24,940 nt of DNA from a virus. Taxonomy: Duplodnaviria > Caudoviricetes. The DNA lies in the IMG/VR virus record IMGVR_UViG_3300044477_000288, positions 1-24,940 of that record; one strand, given 5' to 3'. The translations under genes were made by a program, and so were the position numbers. Shown one piece after another: positions 7,245-15,141 of the stretch; position 1 is the stretch's first letter; each line of letters starts with the position of its first letter. Under the pieces are notes generated by a model. That model was not told the DNA's origin, searched no databases, and saw nothing but the letters and a program-made list of their open reading frames with translations.

Positions 7245-8161
7245 TTCTTACTAGTTAAGAGAACAAGAACCACTACAGCAGCCACAACGGCAATAATCAA
7301 CCACTTTTTAGAAGCTACAGCAGCCACAACACCAGAACCAGTAATAGGCGTTTCAGTACCCAGATTATCAGTTTCGGCATCATCGGTAACAGGATCAACA
7401 ATTTCAGGAGCAACATCAGGAACAACCCCAGCAACGAACTGAGTTTTTTCGCCATTGATTGCCCAAAAGCCGTCGATAATAGTTAACCTACTATTCGACA
7501 CATGCCAGCCAGTAGAAGCACCTTCAAAAACGAAATAACCATCAGGATCAATTTCGGGATAAGTACCAGTAGCTAAATAGTTAGATTTAACGCCATTGAA
7601 TATCCAATAATTATCGGTTGAAATGGTTATAACCGGAGCCGCTAAAGCCCGAGTTTCTAAAGTTGTAGAGCCTGCCAAATCGAGCGGCGACATTGGATTA
7701 TAGCCATAGAATGAAATAGTTTTTCCCATATATTTTTCAAATTTTTTATTGAAGTCTGAAATTTCCTTCAGATACTTTTTATCGTTGCTTTTCTCATAGT
7801 TGAAAGTCATGATATTACGGTACATTTCAGCAAAGCGATAACACTGTTCGCGCCCCGAGAATGGAAGAATCTCAACCAAACTATCGTACATCGAGAGCAA
7901 ACTACCCGGAGACGAACCCGCCAACTTTTCAAAAGCGTATCTATCGGCCTCAAATTCACTGTAGGTTTTAAGAAAAAAATGTCCTTCCTCATGCGCAATA
8001 ATGAAATCTTTGTAAGCATTAGGCAAATGTTCCCAATGCGGTTGATTCAAAAGAATTTCAGCATTATTGAAAGTTCCATCAATAAGATTAAGCATTGCAG
8101 GCGTTGTGCTATCGGTAAGAATTACCAACCGAGTAGGCAAAGTTTGAGTTATCCCAGACAT
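7241..8161 (-). CDS. Zincin metallopeptidase (HExxH) with beta-hairpin repeats and C-terminal TM
   Basis: FIIAHEEGH...EFEADRYA. Three W/F-x-x-N/E-G repeats (NYWIFNG, GYFVFEG, GFWAING), acidic linker and TM plus KK. Start placed at MSGITQ (8161); the ORF track start at 8215 overlaps the upstream gene by 67 nt. Confidence 0.75.
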   Translation of the reverse strand: MSGITQTLPTRLVILTDSTTPAMLNLIDGTFNNAEILLNQPHWEHLPNAYKDFIIAHEEGHFFLKTYSEFEADRYAFEKLAGSSPGSLLSMYDSLVEILPFSGREQCYRFAEMYRNIMTFNYEKSNDKKYLKEISDFNKKFEKYMGKTISFYGYNPMSPLDLAGSTTLETRALAAPVITISTDNYWIFNGVKSNYLATGTYPEIDPDGYFVFEGASTGWHVSNSRLTIIDGFWAINGEKTQFVAGVVPDVAPEIVDPVTDDAETDNLGTETPITGSGVVAAVASKKWLIIAVVAAVVVLVLLTSKK

Positions 8162-8727
8162 GCGCGCACTTTTTGAGTAATTACACTTTTCACATTTTCC
8201 CAACCACCGCAACAATCTAGCAACAAAGCATCAGCAGAATTTTCAACTAAATCGAAATTTGTTAAGGCCGAAACAACCAACGAACGATCAAAAGCCGGAT
8301 AAACAGATAAGAACGAAGAAACGATAGAACAGGGTTTAAAATCGGTCAGCAACATATATAAATCGTAAAAAACCGACCGTTTTAAAGGCCGTTGATTTAA
8401 AATCTGATGAACTGTACCAACAGCTAAATCTTGTTTATCAAGACATCGAACCATATCAACATAAACCGGAGGAAAAAGAACCTTATCAGCCGAATAAGAC
8501 GAGCTTAAACAATCGACAACCAAACCGTTAACCGTTAATTTGGTTAGGTATTGATTAATAACTTCCTTTTCTTCGCAAGCCATTTTGAAATCAGCCGGAA
8601 CATTCCACAAATCCAAATCGGTAGGCAAACGATGTTTATAATAGTTGCTTAGAGCAAACCCCCCGGCAACTATTACCGAGGGATAAAGCGCACAAACGCG
8701 CTGAGCTATATTTTTAATTCCTGCCAT
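8149..8727 (-). CDS. AbiEii/DUF1814-like nucleotidyltransferase, degenerate C-terminal motifs
   Basis: IVAGGFALSNYYKHRLPTDLDLW matches GG(T)AL...HRxSxDLD. QRPLKRSVFYDLY corresponds to R..RDxYD. Confidence 0.65.
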   Translation of the reverse strand: MAGIKNIAQRVCALYPSVIVAGGFALSNYYKHRLPTDLDLWNVPADFKMACEEKEVINQYLTKLTVNGLVVDCLSSSYSADKVLFPPVYVDMVRCLDKQDLAVGTVHQILNQRPLKRSVFYDLYMLLTDFKPCSIVSSFLSVYPAFDRSLVVSALTNFDLVENSADALLLDCCGGWENVKSVITQKVRACLG

Positions 8728-8730
8728 AAT

Positions 8731-10806
8731 CTAATTATCACCGGGAGCAGTTCCATCAGGAAACCATATTGGATTAGGAGAGCGAGGTGAATAAATCCAC
8801 TGACCACCATCACCTTTTTCAACTTCAACAGTAACAGGAGTTAAACCCGCACTAGTACCACGACCAGAACTAACTTGATTAGACAATACTACAGGATGAG
8901 CCAATTGCCAAGAATAACGTTCACAAAGAAGTTCAGGCGTAAGAGAAACAGGCCAACCTTTAGAAACTAAATCAGAATAAAATAGATTGTCAAAAACTTG
9001 ACTATCTGGATTTTTATCCGAAAGAGTAGCGTTAAACTGCAAATAAAACATTGAACGATACAGATAAACAGCCGGATTAGAAACCCCATTAACCAACGGA
9101 AACCAACTAGATGGATAACCTAAACAACTAGAAACAGCTGTTACCCGCGCCGTAGTTGTATTACTTGTATTTGAACAACTTACAACAATCGACTTAACTA
9201 CAATTGTAGCCGGATAAGCAGCATTGCGCACAGCTATGTAACGAGTACCAGCCGGGACATTATTATATGTTTTATACGCGCTTACATTTTCAAAACTCCT
9301 ATTGTTCGAAGCATCGACCGCCGAAGCAAAAGTTGTTGTACCTATTTGATGCACACCATTTCCACCTCCAGCAAAATTCTGAACAAGAACCTGACAAGGG
9401 TTTGGATGCGAAACCCCAAAAGTAATAGGAGGAATAAACTGAGTTTGTGGTGGAATAGTTGTGCCAGTATCAGCCTGATTTGTTTGAGTTTGCGAAGCGC
9501 ATGACACGACAACACTTTGAACCGTTACCAAAGAAGGATTTAACCTATCACGCACAGCCATAAACCGCGTACCAGCCGGAACAGAAGCCAAAGCAAAAGA
9601 GCCCGACAAATCGCGCCAAACACCAGACAAAGCCGCCGCCGCCGTTGAATAAGTAACTTGATTAACCTCATAATTACCAGAACCTCCAGTAACAGAACCA
9701 ACAGAGGCCGAACAGTTACCAGCCGAAAGTACAAAATCAATAGGCTGAACCGTTGGCGTTGTTGTTCCGGTGTTCGTTGTCCCGGTGTTCGTTGTTCCGG
9801 TGTTCGTTGTTCCGGTGTTCGTTGTTCCGGTGTTCGTTGTTCCGGTGTTTGTTGTACCATTAGAGACACAAACAGACTGAGCAGAACGAACTACTACCCT
9901 ATCAGGGTTATTCTTATCGCGAATAATTACACTACGCGAACCCGAAGGAACATTTGTAAATGTGTAATTACTACCCGCGGAAACATCAACAAAGTTTGAT
10001 TTATCGGCCAACGCGGAAACAGTTGAATCATAAGTTTTCGAACTAATTTGAAACAAGCCCGAACCACCGACAAAACCTTTAGCTACCAGTTGACAATTAT
10101 CACCAACCAGCAAAGTAAAGTTTGGATTTGTATATTCAACAACCGGATCGGGATAAACTTCTGGGGTTACAGGCGTTACCGGAATATCAACAGTTGCACC
10201 CGGGCAAGTTTGACAAACACCATCGCGGCCATCAGCACCATTATAACCATCGCGACCAGATGCACCAGTAGGACCAGTTGCACCCCGTGAGGGTTTACCT
10301 GTGTCAACGCCATTTATAAACCAGTTGCCATTACTGCCAATTGTAGGAATTACAACCGTACCAGAACCCGCCATGCCGTTAATACCATCGGCACCCCGCG
10401 AAGGATGACCAGTATCAACGCCATTTATGAACCAGTTACCATTTTCGCCAATGTAAGGCGTAAAACCATCTTCACCATCTCGACCATCTTCACCATCTTC
10501 GCCGCTGATAGTTGCCGACTTTTCGCCAGCAGTACCCGACGACGAACCGCCCGGAATACCCGAAATATTGATATTGATTACGTTGTGGTTCCCTTCATCG
10601 GTGTTATTGTTACGATCTGACCCGTTGCCAAACTTCGTAGACCTATCAGAATAATCAGAAAAGCGAGAATATTCCTTAGAATCTGAATTCCCCCCCGGAA
10701 GTGGCATAACATCGTTTAAGATGCTTTTACGAGTTTCGCGGGAAAAGGCCAGATAAGCAGCACCGCAAAGCGTTAGAAATGAAAAAACCACCCTCCAAAG
10801 TTTCAT
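8731..10806 (-). CDS. Membrane-anchored spike/fibre: TM, collagen GXY, DUF4988-like repeats, three Cys-bracketed Ig/SprB-like repeats
   Basis: GEDGEDGRDGEDG and GATGPTGASGRDG. Two copies of IGxNGNWFINGVDTG. Three copies of C...GG(S/G)G...TY/F.S...VP.G(T/S)R...R...P...V.S....C. TTNTG linker. Confidence 0.75.
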   Translation of the reverse strand: MKLWRVVFSFLTLCGAAYLAFSRETRKSILNDVMPLPGGNSDSKEYSRFSDYSDRSTKFGNGSDRNNNTDEGNHNVININISGIPGGSSSGTAGEKSATISGEDGEDGRDGEDGFTPYIGENGNWFINGVDTGHPSRGADGINGMAGSGTVVIPTIGSNGNWFINGVDTGKPSRGATGPTGASGRDGYNGADGRDGVCQTCPGATVDIPVTPVTPEVYPDPVVEYTNPNFTLLVGDNCQLVAKGFVGGSGLFQISSKTYDSTVSALADKSNFVDVSAGSNYTFTNVPSGSRSVIIRDKNNPDRVVVRSAQSVCVSNGTTNTGTTNTGTTNTGTTNTGTTNTGTTNTGTTTPTVQPIDFVLSAGNCSASVGSVTGGSGNYEVNQVTYSTAAAALSGVWRDLSGSFALASVPAGTRFMAVRDRLNPSLVTVQSVVVSCASQTQTNQADTGTTIPPQTQFIPPITFGVSHPNPCQVLVQNFAGGGNGVHQIGTTTFASAVDASNNRSFENVSAYKTYNNVPAGTRYIAVRNAAYPATIVVKSIVVSCSNTSNTTTARVTAVSSCLGYPSSWFPLVNGVSNPAVYLYRSMFYLQFNATLSDKNPDSQVFDNLFYSDLVSKGWPVSLTPELLCERYSWQLAHPVVLSNQVSSGRGTSAGLTPVTVEVEKGDGGQWIYSPRSPNPIWFPDGTAPGDN
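9761..9850. repeat. 15-bp tandem repeat x6 (GTTGTTCCGGTGTTC) encoding (TTNTG)n
   Basis: Units start at 9761, 9776, 9791, 9806, 9821 and 9836, with at most 1 mismatch each. In frame. Confidence 0.95.
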
Positions 10807-10807
10807 A

Positions 10808-11299
10808 CTATTTACGTTTTAACATGATAACAGCCAACACAATAACCACCAACGCAATACCAGCAACGGCAATAATAATTGTCTGTTGTTGTTTGGCCGC
10901 GGCCTCTTGTGAGTATTGAAGTTTGAGAACTTCTAAATTATATTCAGCATCAGAGGTTGTGTTTGCGTCTATTGCGCCCGACACTTGTCCCCAGATAGCA
11001 GTTCCACCAGAAACGATTTTTCCCAAATCGGCAATGTATCCCGACAAAGTATCTAACCAACTGGTATCCGTAGCTGAAGGAGTTACAGGAGTATCACCAT
11101 CGGCATTCATTGTAATAGTAGTTTTACCACTAACCAAATTAGCCAAGTCGATTTTAAACTGGTCACCTTGTGACTGTAAGGCAAGAACTAAAGCCAATTC
11201 CGTAGGCTCAGCATCAATACCATACTTTTTAAATAGAAAACGCACGATTTCAGGCCGTGCGTTTACTATTGCTTTTACTAATCGTAAAGCCCGTAACAT
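10808..11299 (-). CDS. Virion membrane protein (helical N-domain, amphipathic segment, C-terminal TM)
   Basis: 163 aa directly after the putative capsid gene, ending TIIIAVAGIALVVIVLAVIML-KRK. Confidence 0.75.
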   Translation of the reverse strand: MLRALRLVKAIVNARPEIVRFLFKKYGIDAEPTELALVLALQSQGDQFKIDLANLVSGKTTITMNADGDTPVTPSATDTSWLDTLSGYIADLGKIVSGGTAIWGQVSGAIDANTTSDAEYNLEVLKLQYSQEAAAKQQQTIIIAVAGIALVVIVLAVIMLKRK

Positions 11300-11300
11300 A

Positions 11301-12038
11301 TTATTTGTTGTTACGGTCTTCGTGATTGAATTTTCCTGTTAAGCGAGCCTGAGAAGCGGCCATCTTCAATTCAGCAGCAGCATTCGAAGTTGCACCGGGG
11401 AAGAAAGTCATAGTAACTTTTTCGCCAGCAAGCAATTTGAAATAAACAACTGATTGATCGTCTAACTGAAAATCGTTCATGAAAAACTCAACAAGCTTGT
11501 TGTTGTTGTTTTTAGGATCGATGTAGTTAGATGGTGCAATTTGCGAAGGTACGCGGCCACGGAAAGGGTTTGAAACCAAAATTCCCAGAGGTTCTTGTAA
11601 CTGTTCTGGAGTGGTTACATTCATCTGAATTTTTGTGAACCTAGTCGCGTTGTTTTTCACATACGATTTAAATTCAATCAAAGATGTTGGATAACCTGAA
11701 CATGTTACAACTTTGTCAGTTGTAGCAATGATAGTACCATCGGCAACAACAGCAGCCAACGAAACGCCACAATGAGTGGCAACCTCAGCAGCAGAAGCAA
11801 AAGCACCTAAATTGATAGCAATTAACTGATCTTCGGCAGCAGTACCCTGATTACTCAAAGTAATTTTGTAAGTCTCAGAGGTTTGAATTTCGTTTGAAAA
11901 GTCCTGAGCAGTACCAATAAATTGAATACCCGGATTACGATTTTCAGCACCGAAATAACCGCCATCGTAAGATGGACCAACTAAATTTTTGTTTGTGAGT
12001 TTTTGCAGCTCTTGAGCCGCAGCATTTGAATTTTTCAC
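11301..12038 (-). CDS. Putative major capsid protein, vertical jelly-roll fold (likely single)
   Basis: Beta-strand-rich soluble 245-aa protein (YKITLSN, LIAINL, FTKIQMNV, LGILVSNPF, LVEFF, FQLDDQSVVYFKLLAGEKVTMTFFPG) heading the structural operon downstream of the packaging ATPase. GTG start at 12038 is preferred because 12067..12177 encodes a separate gene. Confidence 0.6.
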   Translation of the reverse strand: MKNSNAAAQELQKLTNKNLVGPSYDGGYFGAENRNPGIQFIGTAQDFSNEIQTSETYKITLSNQGTAAEDQLIAINLGAFASAAEVATHCGVSLAAVVADGTIIATTDKVVTCSGYPTSLIEFKSYVKNNATRFTKIQMNVTTPEQLQEPLGILVSNPFRGRVPSQIAPSNYIDPKNNNNKLVEFFMNDFQLDDQSVVYFKLLAGEKVTMTFFPGATSNAAAELKMAASQARLTGKFNHEDRNNK

Positions 12039-12066
12039 AGAATTTCTTTTTAATAAGGTTAATAGA

Positions 12067-12177
12067 TTAAGCCGCCGGAGTGGATGCATTCTTTTTTTGA
12101 TAGAGATCATAAGCCAAATAAGCCACAAGAAGAGTAGTGGCAATGCTCATGTAAAAAACAAGTTTTGCGTTATTCAT
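12067..12177 (-). CDS. Single-TM micro-protein (36 aa; not in the ORF track)
   Basis: MNNAKLVFYMSIATTLLVAYLAYDLYQKKNASTPAA. First gene of the structural operon, with an A/T-rich leader. Confidence 0.8.
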   Translation of the reverse strand: MNNAKLVFYMSIATTLLVAYLAYDLYQKKNASTPAA

Positions 12178-12315
12178 CGCTTTAAATTTGTGTTTTGTTT
12201 ATACTAAAATTATTTACAGAGACACAAAGTTTAAAGCAATTAAATTGCTGATTGTCAGTTATTGGGAGTTCCCCGACTTAATGGAAAATACTGTGATTTT
12301 GAAAAAACTAAGCAT

Positions 12316-12346
12316 AAAAAAAGCCGGAAGAAAACCCCCGACTTTT
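12316..12346 (-). terminator. Rho-independent terminator ending the packaging operon
   Basis: Minus strand reads AGTCGGGGG-TTTT-CTTCCGGCT-TTTTTT (stem with G-U pairs plus U-tract), ~20 nt after the 12365 stop. Confidence 0.75.
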
Positions 12347-12364
12347 CACAATAAAAAACAAGAA

Positions 12365-12556
12365 TCAATCAATAACAATTAAAATATCTAATAAATAGTG
12401 CCACTGTTTTGGAGTGAACACTTTCTGTGTTTTTCTATAACCTAAAATCAACAAATCGCGATAATAAAGATCATTACACCAGTAGCCTATAGTATTCTTT
12501 GACACCGAACACAACCGCGCAAGCTCTGTTTTAGTCATTACTGTAGGTTTTTCCAT
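12365..12556 (-). CDS. DUF4248-like small HTH DNA-binding protein
   Basis: TKTELARL...TIGYW...L..LGYRKTQKVFTPKQ matches the Bacteroidetes DUF4248 pattern. Confidence 0.65.
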   Translation of the reverse strand: MEKPTVMTKTELARLCSVSKNTIGYWCNDLYYRDLLILGYRKTQKVFTPKQWHYLLDILIVID

Positions 12557-12886
12557 TTACTTTTTCGCTAAGAAATGTTTACGCTTCAATTGTTTAGCCC
12601 GTTTATCGAGCCTAAAATGTTTTGATTTCTGACAATTTTCAGTTTTTGCCGGGAAAGATATTTTTCCTTTTACCGCCGCTAATGTTTCAGGAACATAAGG
12701 ATTTTGAACCGTTGGCTTTATGCATATAGGCCTAATTTCTTTATAAGGACTAGTTGAAACTTTTCTCGAAGTAATTTTCTTCAAAAAGCGTTCAACAACC
12801 GGAGCAACAAAGAACCAACCAACTTTTAAAATGGTTTTGCCATATTTCTGAATAAAAGGCTGCAAAAAACTAAATAATTGTTTCAT
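12557..12886 (-). CDS. Hypothetical basic protein with amphipathic/hydrophobic N-terminus
   Basis: 109 aa, tightly packed between the ATPase and HTH genes. Confidence 0.65.
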   Translation of the reverse strand: MKQLFSFLQPFIQKYGKTILKVGWFFVAPVVERFLKKITSRKVSTSPYKEIRPICIKPTVQNPYVPETLAAVKGKISFPAKTENCQKSKHFRLDKRAKQLKRKHFLAKK

Positions 12887-12889
12887 AAA

Positions 12890-13486
12890 TCAATATGTTA
12901 TGTGTTCGCAATAGTGCCAATTGTCACTTAAATTATCAGATACCCAACACTTTGTTTTATCGTTTGCACGCTCATTAACCCGGCGTTGTGTTTCAATTAA
13001 CTGTTCATAGTTTTGAACGGTGTTTTTACGTGTTGAATCTATATTGTCACGAGTAGCAAACAGAAAGATATCAGTACAGAAGGTGAAAGCCTTTGGTGGA
13101 ATCTCTGTTAAACCATGCGCTACCATGATAATATGAACGGCGTTTTGCCTCCGCGAAATGTAGAGCCGCTTAACATCTGGGTCAGTACTCGACAGCATAA
13201 AATTTTGTGCATCATCCAGAAGTAAACCACCATTTACAAAATGTTTAAGCTTTTTCCAGATCGTTTTTTCCTCTATTACAAAGTGCCAGTTTTGACCCAA
13301 AAATTTAAGATCGGAAGCCGATTGCAGAGAGTTGTGAGGCAAATAAGACCATTCAGAATGATGTTGCGTTAAAACCAGTTTGCGCGGTACGTTCAATCCC
13401 TCAAACATCTCTCTCGAAAGCGTTGTTTTTCCCGTGCCATTGGTACCGACAACTAAAATCATACGGGTTTGAATATCGGTAGACAT
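12890..13486 (-). CDS. FtsK-HerA superfamily genome-packaging ATPase (PRD1 P9/poxvirus A32-like)
   Basis: Walker A GTNGTGKT and Walker B LLLDDAQ. Arg-finger ISRRQ, then IIMVAH and IPPKAFTFCTDIFLF. 198 aa with no TM and no nuclease domain. Confidence 0.85.
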   Translation of the reverse strand: MSTDIQTRMILVVGTNGTGKTTLSREMFEGLNVPRKLVLTQHHSEWSYLPHNSLQSASDLKFLGQNWHFVIEEKTIWKKLKHFVNGGLLLDDAQNFMLSSTDPDVKRLYISRRQNAVHIIMVAHGLTEIPPKAFTFCTDIFLFATRDNIDSTRKNTVQNYEQLIETQRRVNERANDKTKCWVSDNLSDNWHYCEHITY

Positions 13487-14046
13487 TACTCACGACTTTT
13501 ATTTAGTTCAGACCGTAATTCATTTAACTCTTTTTCTTTTTTGGCTAAATCTATTTCACGCTTCAAATCCTCAGTTTCTTTTTTGTACTTATTGATCTCT
13601 AAATTCTTAGAGCGCAATATTTTAGCAGTGTTAAACTTACCAATAAGAATGATCACAGCCGAAAAGAGAGCAACCGCCCAAGCTGGAATACTTTTCTTGT
13701 TATCCTGAAAGTAAATTTCGAGAGGCCGCGAAATATCGGCCAAATCGGAGTCATCGGCATAAAAAGTTTCATCCGGCTCCATTGCATAACGGCCAAAGAA
13801 CATGGAGATAATACGGTCAGCACCTTTGACCAAAACCTCAGCAGTTATTTCAATGCCTTTATTGAATGCTTTTTTGTCTTTTTGTGGCTCAAAGTCATCA
13901 TCAACACCGTCGATTTCAGGCGTAACAAAGTCATCATCTTTAACTTTTGCGCTCTGGTCATTCATTTCAAGAATCAAGTTCCTAACTTGAGAATCAGAAG
14001 CTTTAAACGCCGTTGATTCAGGTTCTTTATATTCAAACAAATCCAT
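13486..14046 (-). CDS. Membrane protein coupled to the packaging ATPase
   Basis: Acidic N-terminus, TM IPAWAVALFSAVIILIGKF and C-terminal coiled coil. TAATG coupling to the ATPase. Confidence 0.7.
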   Translation of the reverse strand: MDLFEYKEPESTAFKASDSQVRNLILEMNDQSAKVKDDDFVTPEIDGVDDDFEPQKDKKAFNKGIEITAEVLVKGADRIISMFFGRYAMEPDETFYADDSDLADISRPLEIYFQDNKKSIPAWAVALFSAVIILIGKFNTAKILRSKNLEINKYKKETEDLKREIDLAKKEKELNELRSELNKSRE

Positions 14047-14047
14047 A

Positions 14048-14320
14048 TTAGCTAAAGAGTTTAAAGATTAGATCAACAATTTTGTCTTTTTTGAAGTGAG
14101 TAATTACCCTGAGAATTTTCCGTTCTTCATCAACAGTAGCAACGGCAATAACAGCCTCATCAGTAGAAGTATAATCGACTAAAACAATGGCTTTGGCCTC
14201 ACCTTCTTGCAATTCCACACTTTTCAGGTAGGTAATCAGTTCAGCTTCACCCGAAGCAATGGCCGGGGTTATTTGCGGTTTGAACGATTTGAACAAACCT
14301 TTCATTATACCGAAATCCAT
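14048..14320 (-). CDS. Hypothetical protein
   Basis: 90 aa, translationally coupled to the upstream gene (TAATG). Confidence 0.7.
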   Translation of the reverse strand: MDFGIMKGLFKSFKPQITPAIASGEAELITYLKSVELQEGEAKAIVLVDYTSTDEAVIAVATVDEERKILRVITHFKKDKIVDLIFKLFS

Positions 14321-14949
14321 TATTCAGCGGGTATTGTTCGTACCAACTCTTTAAGCTCACGTTTTGAGACCAGCAACGGCAGTTTTGAGAATTCCCATTC
14401 CTGAGTAACGTAGTACAGCCAGAAGGCCGAAAAAATAACGTCTCTCATTGAAATTGGTGTTTTTGCGCGTTCCTCAGTACGTTCCTGAATAAGCTTTGTA
14501 ACTGCATATTCGAGAGGGGTAAGACTGATTAAGATTTGATTTTCGGTTAAGTTACGAGAGATTAAAGCCTGTTGAAGTTCAAAGGTTTGAGCCTCTTTAT
14601 GCTTTAATGTTTCTTCGTAGTTTTCGCCACATGTGCGCAAATCAATAATTAAATCTTCCTTTTCCTTCGAAGCCTGGTCTAATGCCAAACGGTTTTTATC
14701 TTGAATTTCCAGAAGTTCCGTTACTTGCTTTTGAAGTTTATCAATCAAATCAATATCCGACTGTAAACTTTTTTTTGATGCTGCAACCTTTGAAATAGCT
14801 TTTTCGGCCATGAACAAAAGAACTGCCTTGCCCGAAACATCACCATCAATTTCAGGTATTAAAGAATCTTTGTTTTCGTTGAGATAATCGGCTTCATCTT
14901 GTGTTAACCGTGCGCCAAATTGTGTTTTAAACTCATAAGTTTTTTCCAT
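14320..14949 (-). CDS. Coiled-coil protein with possible RHH-like DNA-binding termini
   Basis: Long heptad region LIDKLQKQVTELL...FELQQAL. Start moved to MEKTYEF (14949) because the upstream extension lies in a repeat-rich leader. Confidence 0.65.
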   Translation of the reverse strand: MEKTYEFKTQFGARLTQDEADYLNENKDSLIPEIDGDVSGKAVLLFMAEKAISKVAASKKSLQSDIDLIDKLQKQVTELLEIQDKNRLALDQASKEKEDLIIDLRTCGENYEETLKHKEAQTFELQQALISRNLTENQILISLTPLEYAVTKLIQERTEERAKTPISMRDVIFSAFWLYYVTQEWEFSKLPLLVSKRELKELVRTIPAE

Positions 14950-14967
14950 AAACAAACAATATTTAAG

Positions 14968-15034
14968 TGTTTTCAATGTGAAAACAATGTTTTGAAAACA
15001 GTTTTCAACCCGAAAACAACAATTGTAAACAGTT
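14968..15034. promoter_or_regulatory. Cluster of GAAAACA/TGTTTTC-type repeats upstream of the packaging operon (operator-like)
   Basis: TGTTTTCAA 14968, TGAAAACAA 14979, TGTTTTGAA 14988, TGAAAACAG 14993, GTTTTCAA 15001, CGAAAACAA 15011, TGTAAACAG 15024. Confidence 0.5.
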
Positions 15035-15054
15035 GATACATTAATAATTAAAAA

Positions 15055-15095
15055 AGAACAGAAGAAAGAACGGCGCGAGCTAAACGCCGTTCTTT
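15055..15095 (-). terminator. Rho-independent terminator after the 117-aa gene
   Basis: Perfect 11-bp inverted repeat AAAGAACGGCG / CGCCGTTCTTT (15065-15095), followed by a pyrimidine/T-rich tract on the minus strand. Confidence 0.7.
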
Positions 15096-15141
15096 GTAAG
15101 TGGTAATAAAAAAATAGATATAGAAGTAAAAAGAACCCGTG

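Noticed and set aside
9540-9999. Alternative-frame ORFs with PEQRT or SGVRC repeats
   Set aside because: These are shadows of the stop-free 15-bp tandem repeat inside the 691-aa gene.
12039-12143. Hydrophobic N-terminal extension (MPLLFLWLIWLM...) of the capsid ORF
   Set aside because: It is an out-of-frame reading of the 36-aa TM gene 12067..12177. The GTG at 12038 is the more plausible start.
12215-12245. Canonical Bacteroidetes sigma promoter (TAnnTTTG) for the structural operon
   Set aside because: Only a near match (TAAACTTTG on the minus strand) with no clear -33 TTTG; not supportable as a feature.
12890-13486. Inovirus Zot/pI morphogenesis ATPase or terminase
   Set aside because: No C-terminal TM (Zot) and no nuclease domain (TerL). 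The element exceeds 25 kb and has a primase-helicase and lysis genes.
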